The position numbers were made by a program, and so were the translations under genes. From the NCBI GenBank assembly GCA_041662665.1, contig JBAZSC010000001.1:257511-321510 (forward strand): DNA of 64,000 nt, given 5' to 3'. Numbering within the stretch: position 1 is the stretch's first letter; each line of letters starts with the position of its first letter. The notes beneath the pieces are model-generated. The model was given only the letters and a program-made list of their open reading frames with translations. It had not been told where the DNA came from and did no database searches. This stretch comes from Patescibacteria group bacterium. GTDB lineage: Bacteria; Patescibacteriota; JABMPQ01; JAQVVF01. Below are positions 37,151 to 47,181 of this stretch, piece after piece.

Positions 37151-38590
37151 ATGCCAAGTAAAAACAGTTGTCAAATCTATGCGTTAGAAGGATTATCGCC
37201 AGAAGTACGAGCCGTCACTTTTGCCAAGTGCTCGCGTTCAGACAAATCTTTTAGAGAAATTGCTGCCGGTTTAACTGCCGAAAATTCTTCAAAGTTTCAT
37301 GAAAAATGGGTTGTTGGTTATGGCCATTCTTCAGTAGCTGAACACGCGCCAATTTCAATTGCCATGGAAAATATTTCTCTTTTAGCAGTTGAAGCAATTG
37401 AATCAAATAGACTAGCATCATATACTGAAAAATCTTCTCGTTACCAAATTTACGACGAAGATAGAGTTTATTATCCATCTGAATTTAAAGCTGATAAAAC
37501 AGTTGATAAATTATTTAGAGATACAATAAAATTGCAATTTGCTTTGTACAAAAAAAGTGCAAAGCCAGTCCAAGAAATTATCTTTAAAGAAAATCCAAAA
37601 GAAAAAGACGAAGACCAAAAAGGTTACGAAGCTAGAGTTCGTTCCAAATGGATTGATATGTGCCGTTATCTTTTGCCAAATGCTTGTTTTGCAAATTTAG
37701 GCATGACTGCAAATGCAAGAACTTTTGAAAATGCTTTAATGAAATGGTTTTCGAATCCTCTGTCAGAAGTTCAAGATATTGCCAAGCAAGTCAAAAAAGA
37801 AGCCTTGAGAATTACTCCAACATTAGTTAAATATGCTGATCCAAATCAATATTTAATTGATTCCTATAAAATTTTACCTAAAAAAGTAAAAACAATTTTA
37901 GGTGCTGAAAAAAAATATTTAGGCAAAGAAACTTTAGTTGAATTAGTTGATTTTGATAAAGATGTCGAGAATAAAGTTTTAGCTGCAGTTATTTATCAAT
38001 TCTCAAATATTCCATACAAAAAAGCTTATCAAAAAGCAAGAAGTTTAAAGAGAGCAGACAAAGAAAAATTGCTTGATAATATTTTAAAAAGAATCGGCAG
38101 GCATGACAAGCCATTACGAGCAGTTGAACTACCATATTTCACTTTTGATTGTCTAATCGATCAAGGCGCTTACTTTGATTTAAAGAGAAATAGAATTATG
38201 ACTCAGCTTCCTCAATCTGTCACAACAAAACATGGCTATTTTATTCCAAGAGCAATGATTTTAGCAGGTCTTGAAAAAGAGTACAAAGAAGTCATGGAGA
38301 AAACAGACAAAGCCTTTAAAACAATTTCGAAAAAATTTCCAAATGAAGCAGGCTATATTGCAACCAAATCTTTTGCCCGCAGATTTTTAATGAAAATGAA
38401 TTTGCGTGAATTATATTATTTTTGCTATTATCGCGGCGCAAATCCAGGTGGTCATGTTTCTTACCGTTTTGTTGGCACAAAAATGTATGAAATAACAAAC
38501 AAAAAATTTCCGACATTAATGAAATATTTGCCATTTATTTTTGATATGAATAGCAAAGAATTAAATAAATATTTTGAATATATTGATTAA
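37151..38590 (+). CDS. thyX: FAD-dependent thymidylate synthase-like protein, tandem Thy1 domains
   Basis: GYGHSSVAEH, SYTEKSSRY, RYLLP, TANAR; second half DLKRNR, MNLRELYYF; upstream of tmk. Confidence 0.8.
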   Translation: MPSKNSCQIYALEGLSPEVRAVTFAKCSRSDKSFREIAAGLTAENSSKFHEKWVVGYGHSSVAEHAPISIAMENISLLAVEAIESNRLASYTEKSSRYQIYDEDRVYYPSEFKADKTVDKLFRDTIKLQFALYKKSAKPVQEIIFKENPKEKDEDQKGYEARVRSKWIDMCRYLLPNACFANLGMTANARTFENALMKWFSNPLSEVQDIAKQVKKEALRITPTLVKYADPNQYLIDSYKILPKKVKTILGAEKKYLGKETLVELVDFDKDVENKVLAAVIYQFSNIPYKKAYQKARSLKRADKEKLLDNILKRIGRHDKPLRAVELPYFTFDCLIDQGAYFDLKRNRIMTQLPQSVTTKHGYFIPRAMILAGLEKEYKEVMEKTDKAFKTISKKFPNEAGYIATKSFARRFLMKMNLRELYYFCYYRGANPGGHVSYRFVGTKMYEITNKKFPTLMKYLPFIFDMNSKELNKYFEYID

Positions 38591-38595
38591 AAATT

Positions 38596-39228
38596 ATGAA
38601 CAAAAATAGCTTCATTACTAATCCGTACAAAGGTCTATTTATCGCTTTTGAAGGATTGGACGGTTCTGGCCTTTCGACCCAAGCCGATTTATTGAATAAA
38701 TATTTAAACAAACAAGGCTATAAAAGTTTTGCGACAAAAGAGCCGACAAATAATATTATCGGCGGTTTGATTCGTGGTTTATTAACCCATATTTGGAAAG
38801 CGAGTAATGAATGTTCGCAACTTTTATTTACTGCAGATCGTGCTTTGCACTTAGAAAAAGAAATCATTCCAGCCTTAAAAAAGAAAAATATTATTATTAC
38901 TGATCGCTATTTTTTTTCAACTGTTGCATTTGGTTCATTAAATATCAGAGATTTAGATTGGCTTGTTTCATTAAATCAGCATTTCATTTTGCCAGATATT
39001 ATTTTCTTAATTAAAGTTCCGCCAAAAGAATGTGTCAAAAGAATTAAATCATCTAGATTCAGCAAGGAATTATTTGAGGAAGAAATTAAGCTAAAAAAAA
39101 TCTGGCGAACATATAACAAATTAGCCAAGATATTTCCTAATATTTATGTTATTGATGGAAATAGAGACAAGAAAGAAGTTTTTAAGGATGTTTTTGATAT
39201 AGTGGTTAAAAAGCTGAAAAAGAAGTAG
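38596..39228 (+). CDS. tmk: Thymidylate kinase
   Basis: FIAFEGLDGSG, KEPT, LFTADR, TDRY. Confidence 0.93.
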   Translation: MNKNSFITNPYKGLFIAFEGLDGSGLSTQADLLNKYLNKQGYKSFATKEPTNNIIGGLIRGLLTHIWKASNECSQLLFTADRALHLEKEIIPALKKKNIIITDRYFFSTVAFGSLNIRDLDWLVSLNQHFILPDIIFLIKVPPKECVKRIKSSRFSKELFEEEIKLKKIWRTYNKLAKIFPNIYVIDGNRDKKEVFKDVFDIVVKKLKKK

Positions 39229-39261
39229 TTCGTTATTTTTTGTTATGTTATAATTTATGTA

Positions 39262-39390
39262 GAATCATGAATTATGAATTATGAATCATGATTAGAATAA
39301 TGAATTAAGAATCCTGAATTCATTATTCTTTATTCTAAATTCAAATCATAATTCATAATTCATAATTCTTGATTCATAATTCACATTCTA
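39262..39390. repeat. Inverted 7-mer array (ATGAATT/AATTCAT)
   Basis: atgaatt repeats ... aattcat repeats, ending at the gatB start. Confidence 0.85.
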
Positions 39391-39392
39391 AA

Positions 39393-40886
39393 ATGCCCAA
39401 ACTTGAAACCATAATCGGCTTGGAAATCCACGTTCAGCTCAAAACAAAATCAAAAATGTTTTGTAGTTGTGATAATAATGCTGAAAACGCAAAACCAAAT
39501 ACCTTAGTTTGCCCAGTTTGTATGGCCCATCCTGGTACATTGCCAGTGATTAATCGCCAAGCAGTTGAATGGACAGTTATGACTGGTCTTGCTTTGAATT
39601 GTGAAATTCCAGAAAATTCAAAATTTGATCGTAAGAATTATTTTTATCCAGATCTTCCAAAGGGTTATCAAATTTCACAATATGACGAGCCATTATGCTT
39701 GGCCGGATATTTTGATATCTTAGTTAACGGTCAAAACAAAAGAATTAATTTAGAAAGAATACATTTAGAAGAAGACGCTGGAAAATTAACTCATTCCAAA
39801 AGCTTAGGTGCAAGTTTAGTTGACTACAATCGAGCTAGCACTCCATTAATGGAAATTGTAACTAAGCCAGATTTTAGAAGTCCATTAGAAGCAAAAATAT
39901 TTTTGCAAGAACTTCGCAATTTAGTTCGCTATATTAATGTTTCCAATGCTGATATGGAAAAAGGTCATATGCGTTGTGATGCCAATATTTCTTTAAGACC
40001 AGAAGGAACAACAGAACTGTCAGCTAAAACAGAATTAAAAAATATGAATTCATTCAAGGCTGTAGAAAAAGCTTTGACATATGAAGTCAATCGCCAGACC
40101 AAGCTTTGGCAAGAAAATAATCCGCCAAAATTTTCCACAACTAGACTTTGGAATGACGATCAAGGAATAACATCAGAAATGAGAACTAAAGAAGCTTCGC
40201 ATGATTATCGCTATTTTCCAGAGCCAGATTTACCACCATTGCAATTGGATAAAAAATGGATCGATGATTTGAAACAAAAGTTGCCAGAGCTTCCACAAGC
40301 AAAAAAAGTAAGATTTATCAATCAATTTGGCTTGTCAGAAAAAGAAGTTGATTTGTTAATTTCAAATCGTTTGATTTCGGAATATTTTGAAAATGTTTTG
40401 ACAGAGGCTAGAGAATGGGTAGATGATTTGAAACAAAAAGATGACAATTCAGAAAAGACTTACAAAGAATTAGTTAAGCTGGTTTCAAATTGGCTGACTT
40501 CAAAATTGTTTGCATTATTAAATTCTGAAAAAATTTCTATTTCAAATTGCAAAATAACTCCAGAAAATTTCGCAGAATTATGTGCAATGATTTATACTAA
40601 CAAAATTTCTTCTACTGCTGGCCAGCAAATTTTAAAAATAATGTTTGATAAAGGTTCAGATCCTTCCCAAGTTGCAAATGAGCAAAATCTTGGTCAAGTT
40701 TCAGATGAAAAAGAATTGGATATTATTTTAGACAAATTAATATCTGAAAATCCAAAGCCAGTTGCTGATTTTAAGGCAGGCAACAAAAATGCTTTGCAAT
40801 TCTTTATCGGCTTAGCAATGAAAGAAACAAAAGGCAAGGCAAATCCAAAAATAGTCATGGATATGTTGAAGAAAAAGTTGTCTTGA
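39393..40886 (+). CDS. gatB: Asp/Glu-tRNA amidotransferase subunit B
   Basis: IGLEIHVQL, FDRKNYFYPDLPKGYQISQ, YRYFPEPDL; start set at ATG 39393. Confidence 0.98.
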   Translation: MPKLETIIGLEIHVQLKTKSKMFCSCDNNAENAKPNTLVCPVCMAHPGTLPVINRQAVEWTVMTGLALNCEIPENSKFDRKNYFYPDLPKGYQISQYDEPLCLAGYFDILVNGQNKRINLERIHLEEDAGKLTHSKSLGASLVDYNRASTPLMEIVTKPDFRSPLEAKIFLQELRNLVRYINVSNADMEKGHMRCDANISLRPEGTTELSAKTELKNMNSFKAVEKALTYEVNRQTKLWQENNPPKFSTTRLWNDDQGITSEMRTKEASHDYRYFPEPDLPPLQLDKKWIDDLKQKLPELPQAKKVRFINQFGLSEKEVDLLISNRLISEYFENVLTEAREWVDDLKQKDDNSEKTYKELVKLVSNWLTSKLFALLNSEKISISNCKITPENFAELCAMIYTNKISSTAGQQILKIMFDKGSDPSQVANEQNLGQVSDEKELDIILDKLISENPKPVADFKAGNKNALQFFIGLAMKETKGKANPKIVMDMLKKKLS

Positions 40887-41028
40887 TATAATTTTAAGAA
40901 TGTATTATCCTGTTAATAATGACAAACAGACGAATCCGTACAACTTATTTTTTTAAAGGGGTCATGTTTTAATTTTCTACTAAGTCCGCATAACAGCGGA
41001 TTTTTTGATACACGCGCACCTTAGACAA

Positions 41029-41090
41029 ACCGCCTACGCTCTGCGGAGCTTCCACCTTCGCTTACGCTTCGGTGGACAAGTCGGCGGTCG
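41029..41090. repeat. Nested CCGCC...GGCGG palindrome in the cassette leader
   Basis: accgcctacgctctgcggagct[tccaccttcgcttacgcttcggtgga]...cggcggtc. Confidence 0.75.
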
Positions 41091-41104
41091 AGGGAGGAAA
41101 AGGG

Positions 41105-42121
41105 ATGACAGTAGCTCTCGAGAGAGTTAGTCTCGATGGACATGAACAGCATGGACAGACAAATTGGTGGCAGAGCTATACAGTAACTTTCGATTTGCTT
41201 TGCAAAGAATTTGGTCAAGAAAATCTTCCTGCTGGTTTGCCTCCAAGAATTTTTGTTGTTGACAGTGAAGCTGGACGCAGATTTTTGACTGGCCGTCATC
41301 TTTGGGGTTGGCGCAAGATTAAGCTGATTAAGGAAGTTACTCGTTCTTTGGTTCAGCCATTGGTTGATATTTTCAAAGAATCAAATGGCGAAGTAACACA
41401 GTTTGTTCCATTGAGCGGCGCTGATCCAATGAAAATCGGAAAGGCTTTGCATCATGCTTTGATTTATCCATTCACTGTTGCGCCAATGGCAACAGCATAT
41501 ATTGAAGCAGATCGAAAAGAACAGAAAGATGGTAGCTTCAAAGCAAGGGTCAGAAAACCTTTGAAGAAATTCCCGAAACATCCAGTCGCAGTCATTGTTG
41601 ACACATGTTGCGCCTCTGGTTCTACTCTTCAAGAAACTGTCCGAAGAATTATTGACTGGTACAAGACTGATAAGAAGCCATTGCGCAAGATTATTTTCTT
41701 TACTGCCTGCGGATCACTGGAAGCGCTTCAAGGAATCTGGGCATATTGTCAAAGAAGATGCATCGAATTCATTCCAGTTTTTTCTGTTGGTCTTCATCGA
41801 GTATTTGATGAACCTGGAGTTCTTGGCAAGAGATTTACTGATCTTTCGCCAATTTCGGAAACTGCAATAATGCCTGCCTCATTCATTCCATCAGCAAATG
41901 TTTATTTTCAAGAGAAACCAATGTGTGCTGTTGGCGATGTTGGGGACAGCTTGAGTATGAAATTCGAACTTTATCTTTTTGAAACACTTCGCGAGCTTGC
42001 AATCTTAAAAATGGACTTGAACCGTTCTCCTTGGTGTGAAATGAGAAGTCAAATCCCAACAACTGTTTACTTAAAATTGCAGTCTGAACATATTGGAGAA
42101 TTTTTGTACTATCGTCATTGA
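41105..42121 (+). CDS. Divergent phosphoribosyltransferase-like protein (SD-led cassette)
   Basis: PRPP-loop VIVDTCCASGST and late VGDVGD motif (UPRTase-like); GGGAGG SD before ATG 41105. Confidence 0.7.
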   Translation: MTVALERVSLDGHEQHGQTNWWQSYTVTFDLLCKEFGQENLPAGLPPRIFVVDSEAGRRFLTGRHLWGWRKIKLIKEVTRSLVQPLVDIFKESNGEVTQFVPLSGADPMKIGKALHHALIYPFTVAPMATAYIEADRKEQKDGSFKARVRKPLKKFPKHPVAVIVDTCCASGSTLQETVRRIIDWYKTDKKPLRKIIFFTACGSLEALQGIWAYCQRRCIEFIPVFSVGLHRVFDEPGVLGKRFTDLSPISETAIMPASFIPSANVYFQEKPMCAVGDVGDSLSMKFELYLFETLRELAILKMDLNRSPWCEMRSQIPTTVYLKLQSEHIGEFLYYRH

Positions 42122-42205
42122 TCTTTGTTTGAAACACAAAACCGACTCTCGTCGGTTTTTTCTTTGTCCGCCGTAGCTTTAGCGGAGGCGGATTCTTTGT
42201 AACTA

Positions 42206-42267
42206 TTCTACCTTGCCCATGGCAAGGGTCATGAGTTTATTCTACCTCTGCCATGGGCAGAGTAGAA
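42206..42267. repeat. GTAG-ended REP-like doublet (62 bp)
   Basis: ttctaccttgcccatggcaagg ... ctctgccatgggcagagtagaa; homologous to 45137-45198. Confidence 0.8.
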
Positions 42268-43215
42268 CTATTTCAAAAATTCTTTCACTAATTTATTCGC
42301 TTCACTATATTTTTCAATCCATTTTATTTTCTCATCTCTTTTAAACCAGCTTTCCTGTCGTCTCGCATATTGATGCGTATGGTATTTGATTTGTTGAATA
42401 ATTTCTGTTAAGACTTTTTCATCTTTAATTTTATTCAATTTTCCTTTGAACTCACCATAGCCAATTCCAGTCATTGCTGGTAGTCTCCAGGAATATTTTT
42501 TATTCAATTTTTTAACTTCTCTAATCAAGCCATCATCAATCATTTGGTCAACTCTTTTATCAATTCTTTTATATAGTTTTTCGCGATCTACTTTTATTCC
42601 AATTTGTAAAAAATTATATTTTGGTTCTCCTTTTTTTTGAAAAGAAGAAAAAGGTTTGCCTGTCTTAATGCAAACTTCGAGAGCTCGAATAATTCTTCTT
42701 TTATTTTGTCTTTGCACAAAGCTAGCAGATTTTGGATCTAATTTTATTAATCTTGCCCATAATTTTTCGATATCAATTTTTTCAAATTTTTTACGCAATT
42801 TAAAATCTGGAGGTACTTCTGGGATTGACAAGTTGTCAACTATAGCTTGAATATATAATCCAGTTCCACCAACTATTATTGGCAACTTTTTTCGTCTCAA
42901 AATATCATTAATAATTTCCTCAGCTTGTTTTTTGAATTCTGCAACAGAAAAGTCTTGATCTGGCTTAATTATATCTATCATGTAATGAGCAATATTTTCA
43001 CTATAAACAATCTTTTGTTTTCGATCGGCAATATTTTTGACTTTAGATTTTAGACTTTTAACCTTAGCAGTACCCACATCCATGCCAATATAAAACTGTC
43101 TTGAATCACAAGAAATTATTTCGCCATTATATTTTTTTGCAAATTTAATACCCATTCCGGATTTACCGGAAGCAGTCGGACCTAAGATAACGATAACTTT
43201 TGATAGTATTGACAT
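42268..43215 (-). CDS. miaA: tRNA dimethylallyltransferase
   Basis: GPTASGKS, DSRQFY, GTAK, VGGTGLY, YARRQ.SW; real start ATG at 43215. Confidence 0.97.
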   Translation of the reverse strand: MSILSKVIVILGPTASGKSGMGIKFAKKYNGEIISCDSRQFYIGMDVGTAKVKSLKSKVKNIADRKQKIVYSENIAHYMIDIIKPDQDFSVAEFKKQAEEIINDILRRKKLPIIVGGTGLYIQAIVDNLSIPEVPPDFKLRKKFEKIDIEKLWARLIKLDPKSASFVQRQNKRRIIRALEVCIKTGKPFSSFQKKGEPKYNFLQIGIKVDREKLYKRIDKRVDQMIDDGLIREVKKLNKKYSWRLPAMTGIGYGEFKGKLNKIKDEKVLTEIIQQIKYHTHQYARRQESWFKRDEKIKWIEKYSEANKLVKEFLK

Positions 43216-43275
43216 AATAATTGTAAAATGGTAGTTTGTATAGAAAGAAAATGCCTTAAAGGAAGGAGGAGAAGG

Positions 43276-43569
43276 ATGTCCATTTCCGAATTCATAATCC
43301 TGCTCATTATAGGTATTGTAGGTTGCTGTGTTATCTTTCTCGTAATGGTTGCAGTAATTATTGTACTTTTCGATCATGTTTTGCCCAAGTACGATAATTG
43401 GCGAGATAGAAGAGAAGCTCAAAGAAGAGCTCACAGAATTATTAGCTTAATAGGTATTTTTGTAAAGGAAGATGCTGAAGAAGATGTTTTACTAGCAAAA
43501 CGCAAACGAGTATTGGAAAATAGTTCGAAATTAGCTGATGCGAAGCAAAAAAGTAATATGTTAAACTAA
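43276..43569 (+). CDS. Single-pass membrane protein (SD-led cassette)
   Basis: AAGGAGG SD; TTGACA at 43209-43214 then 17 nt to TAGTTT; terminator 43601-43625. Confidence 0.65.
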   Translation: MSISEFIILLIIGIVGCCVIFLVMVAVIIVLFDHVLPKYDNWRDRREAQRRAHRIISLIGIFVKEDAEEDVLLAKRKRVLENSSKLADAKQKSNMLN

Positions 43570-43615
43570 ATAATTAAGAATTCGATTTCGTACATTTTTT
43601 ACTAGACTTTTCTGT

Positions 43616-43643
43616 CTAGTTTTTTATTTCTCCTTCCAAAATC
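43616..43643. repeat. 28-bp exact copy of the miaB 3' end
   Basis: ctagttttttatttctccttccaaaatc is identical to 44198-44225. Confidence 0.9.
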
Positions 43644-43749
43644 AAGTTAAATATTAACAAATTTATAATGACTTTTGGTAAGCTGTTTGACATAAATTAT
43701 TTAACAGGATAATATTTAATATCGTACCCTTAGAAAAAGGAGGAGAAAA

Positions 43750-44163
43750 ATGAATTCAATAATTTTTTCTAGTGTTGTTGTTATAATATTTATTACGATC
43801 ATCTTGGTTTTGATTTTAGCATACAAAGGTAAAATCAATAAATTGAATCTTGATAATTATTATCTGTCTGAAATATGCAGACTCAATAGAACATTACTTG
43901 AAACAGCAAGACTTGAAACAAACAAAGAAGAAAAAACAAAGCAACAATTAGAAATAATTAAGAAATTTGCAAGCAAATTTGGAAGAGAAATTGCAAAAGC
44001 AGAATATTCTTATCGAAGACTTGAAGATTTGTTAACCTTTGCTTTAGAATTATGTGAAGAATTGCAAGAAATTGAAGAAAAGGAAAAAATAACAAATTTG
44101 ATCCAATACTTACAAGACATCAGAGTTGCAGTAAAAACTAAAGAGAGAGAAGGACGTTTTTAA
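43750..44163 (+). CDS. Single-pass membrane coiled-coil protein (SD-led cassette)
   Basis: AAGGAGG SD; TTGACA at 43687-43692 then 17 nt to TAATAT; terminator 44185-44207. Confidence 0.7.
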   Translation: MNSIIFSSVVVIIFITIILVLILAYKGKINKLNLDNYYLSEICRLNRTLLETARLETNKEEKTKQQLEIIKKFASKFGREIAKAEYSYRRLEDLLTFALELCEELQEIEEKEKITNLIQYLQDIRVAVKTKEREGRF

Positions 44164-44197
44164 CAAAGTTTTAATAGCACCCTCAACTAGCATTAAG

Positions 44198-45511
44198 CTA
44201 GTTTTTTATTTCTCCTTCCAAAATCCAAGCTAGAGATTTAGTAATCTTTGCTTTCACAATTTGTCCAATCAAATCTTTATCACTTTCAAATTTAACTAGC
44301 TTAAAAGTTTTTGTTCTGCCAAGATTTTTCTTTTCAACCAAAATATCAACAGTCTTTCCTAAATATTTTTTATTATTATTTAAAGCAGTTTTTCTCAAAA
44401 TATCATTCAAATAATTTTCTCGTCTTTTCTTTTCAGTCATTAAAACATTATCTTTCATTTTAAAAGAAATTGTTCCAGGTCTTGGTGAATATTTAGCTAA
44501 AAAAGCCATGTCGTATTTTACTTCTTTAAACAATTTACAAGTATCTAAAAATTGTTTTTTAGTTTCGCCTGGAAAACCAACAATAATATCCGTTGACAAA
44601 CAAACATCAGATAAATTCTTTTTTATCAATTTAACAAGCTTTAAATATTTTGCATGTGTATATTTTCTGTTCATCTTTTCCAAAATCAGATCATTTCCAG
44701 CTTGAGCAGGCAAGTGAATATAATGGCAGACTTTTTTGCAACTTTTTATTGTCTTAATTAACTTAAGACTCATATCTTTAGGATGTGATGTTACAAACCA
44801 AATCCAATAGTCATTTTCAATTAAATTCAACAATTTTAAAAGTGTTGCGAAATCACAATATTTTCCGAATTTAATTTTGGGATATTCGGATATTAAGATA
44901 TTAGATATTGTACCTTTATAACTGTTTACGTTCTGTCCTAATAAAGTAATCGCGTTGTAGCCATGTTTTAATAAAAATTTAACTTCGTCTAGAATTTCAT
45001 TGACTGGCCTAGATACTTCTCGTCCTCTTGAATATGGCACAACACAATATGAACAAAAATTATTACAGCCAGTCATAATCGGAACATAGGCATGAAATTT
45101 ACTTGAATAATTAGGATTAATTTTGAAATAGTTAGTTTCTACTTTGCCCATGGCAAAGGTTCGTTTCTTACGCGACCCCTGCCACGGGCAGGGTAGAATG
45201 CTTGGCCATTTTTTCAAATCCTTAATATCCAAAACAAAATCAGCAAAATTTTCAAATCTCTTTTTTTCTTTAACAGCAGAACATCCAGTTATAATTGCAA
45301 CTTGTTTATTCTTGCGAGCCAATTTCAAAGTTGAAATCGCTCTATTTTCCGCAGCCTGTCTAACTGAACATGAATTAACAATTACAAAATCAGCCAAATT
45401 TTCGCAATATACTTTCTTAAATTTTGCATTCAACAAAACAGACTCGATTCTTTCTGAATCAGAAATATTCATTTGACATCCAAATGTTTTAATAAAAAAT
45501 TTATTTTTCAT
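44198..45511 (-). CDS. miaB: tRNA-2-methylthio-N6-dimethylallyladenosine synthase
   Basis: TFGCQMN, NSCSVR, GCNNFCSYC, LLGQNVNSY, TDIIVGFPGET, C-terminal TRAM domain. Confidence 0.96.
   Translation of the reverse strand: MKNKFFIKTFGCQMNISDSERIESVLLNAKFKKVYCENLADFVIVNSCSVRQAAENRAISTLKLARKNKQVAIITGCSAVKEKKRFENFADFVLDIKDLKKWPSILPCPWQGSRKKRTFAMGKVETNYFKINPNYSSKFHAYVPIMTGCNNFCSYCVVPYSRGREVSRPVNEILDEVKFLLKHGYNAITLLGQNVNSYKGTISNILISEYPKIKFGKYCDFATLLKLLNLIENDYWIWFVTSHPKDMSLKLIKTIKSCKKVCHYIHLPAQAGNDLILEKMNRKYTHAKYLKLVKLIKKNLSDVCLSTDIIVGFPGETKKQFLDTCKLFKEVKYDMAFLAKYSPRPGTISFKMKDNVLMTEKKRRENYLNDILRKTALNNNKKYLGKTVDILVEKKNLGRTKTFKLVKFESDKDLIGQIVKAKITKSLAWILEGEIKN
45137..45198. repeat. GTAG-ended REP-like doublet in frame inside miaB
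   Basis: Homologous to intergenic 42206-42267; encodes ILPCPWQGSRKKRTFAMGKVE. Confidence 0.85.
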
Positions 45512-45607
45512 ATCCAAATAATTTACCATGAATTTTAAGTCTTGACAAGATAAGTTAAATATAATAATCTAATTTATTGCTCTTTCCAACCCAGAGGAGG
45601 GAAGAAG

Positions 45608-46168
45608 ATGAGAGAGATGTCTATTGTAAGATTGGATAGCTTTCCTGAACTTGCAGAAATCAAGAAAATGATAAATGAAGCTGACAAAAAATTCCGAAAT
45701 TGGCTTCTTTATGTTGTATTGTTCCTTCTTGTTATTTCTTACATTACATTTATCAATTTTGATTTTGGAATGTTTACGTCTGCTAATTTCACTATCTTTT
45801 TCCTTCTGTTGATAGCGTCCATGATTTTAGTGGTTCAGAAATTCGAACATGTTATGGCCAGAAATTCCATTTTGCGTCCTCGTTCTGATTTTGAAAAATA
45901 CTGCATTTTGATTTGTCAATATGCAAAAATTGTAAATGGACAAATCACTGAATTCAACACTTTGTTTTCTAATCTAAGAGAAGATCCGCATGGTACTGAC
46001 ATAAAAGATCATTATCATAGTGATAAGCTTGAAGTTGCGACAATCCTAGCAGAAAAGAAACGCTTTTTGGAAAATATTCTCAGCAATTTAGGCAAAGAAA
46101 AATCAAATCCAACTACTCTTCTAGTTGCAATTGCAATTATTGCAGAAAGAATCAAAAAGGAAAAGTAA
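45608..46168 (+). CDS. 2-TM plus coiled-coil protein, N.QI...N family (SD-led cassette)
   Basis: GAGGAGG SD; TTGACA at 45542 then 17 nt to TAATCT; terminator 46189-46211. Confidence 0.7.
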   Translation: MREMSIVRLDSFPELAEIKKMINEADKKFRNWLLYVVLFLLVISYITFINFDFGMFTSANFTIFFLLLIASMILVVQKFEHVMARNSILRPRSDFEKYCILICQYAKIVNGQITEFNTLFSNLREDPHGTDIKDHYHSDKLEVATILAEKKRFLENILSNLGKEKSNPTTLLVAIAIIAERIKKEK

Positions 46169-46285
46169 GCTAAAGCAAACGTACTTTTAGACCATAATTT
46201 GGTCTTTTTTTATTTCATCTTGCAAATTAATTCAAAACATCTTATCATAATACGTCGCACTCTACAATCAAAGGAGGAGGAGAAA

Positions 46286-47002
46286 ATGCCAAATCAACGA
46301 TCCGGTATTGAAATTTGTCAAGTACGCAATTTATGGGAATTAACAATATTCAAATTCGATCAAGATGATTTGAAAAAAATTGATAAAAAGATTAAGTTAG
46401 TTAAAGATGATGTCTCAAGAAAAGTATTTTTCATTACTTGTGTGATTTTAGTAATGTGCCTTGGCGGAATATTCATCCAGCCTAATGAAATATTGAAAAT
46501 CATTTCAGTCATTTTTGGCATTATTGATCTCATTGTCCTAATTTTTCATTTCTGTTTTGAAATTGAAAATATGCTTGCTAAGAATTATATTTCAAAGCCA
46601 AAAGATGCTTATGCAAAATATTGCCTTCAACTTTATCAATTGATCGTAATTATTAATAAGCAAATTACGAGATATAATCTTGCCGTTAGAAATATGATTA
46701 TGATCAGATCTAGCGAAGGCGAAAGTATTTACGATGAAAATCTCTACAAACTCAAAAAGAAGCTATCAAAAAAAATAGAAAGGATTTCCATTATTGTTGA
46801 ATCTTTGCCTGAAATCAAAAGAACAATCATCGATCAAGAATCGAGTGCCTTAATTGCCGAACTTAGTCATCTTGCAATTTCAGAAGTAGACCAAGCCAAT
46901 CCACTTTTATCATGTCCAATTAGTCCAGAAGGCTTAGAAGAAGAGATTGAGCGAGAAGAGGAAGTTCTGGCAAGTTTTCAAGAACCTAATCAAAACCAAT
47001 AA
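46286..47002 (+). CDS. 2-TM plus coiled-coil protein, N.QI...N family (SD-led cassette)
   Basis: AAGGAGGAGG SD before ATG 46286; TTGCAA at 46220 then 17 nt to TATCAT; terminator 47012-47032. Confidence 0.7.
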   Translation: MPNQRSGIEICQVRNLWELTIFKFDQDDLKKIDKKIKLVKDDVSRKVFFITCVILVMCLGGIFIQPNEILKIISVIFGIIDLIVLIFHFCFEIENMLAKNYISKPKDAYAKYCLQLYQLIVIINKQITRYNLAVRNMIMIRSSEGESIYDENLYKLKKKLSKKIERISIIVESLPEIKRTIIDQESSALIAELSHLAISEVDQANPLLSCPISPEGLEEEIEREEEVLASFQEPNQNQ

Positions 47003-47181
47003 CGTACTTTCAAGACCATTTCGGTCTTTTTTTAATTATCAACAGTTTATTTGTTTTTAAAGCCGATTTATTGTATAATAAATTAAAGTTTATAAATATT
47101 TAAAATAAAAATACAAGCTTAAAAAAGTATATCTAGAAATTATATATTTTTAGATGATCTTAATTTAAGTTTTTAAACAAA

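Noticed and set aside
43216-43434. Long N-terminal extension of MiaA in the ORF track
   Set aside because: It overlaps the divergent SD-led gene; homology begins at ATG 43215.
43276-47032. Integron cassette array
   Set aside because: No integrase or attC structure; each gene has its own promoter and terminator and is interspersed with core genes.
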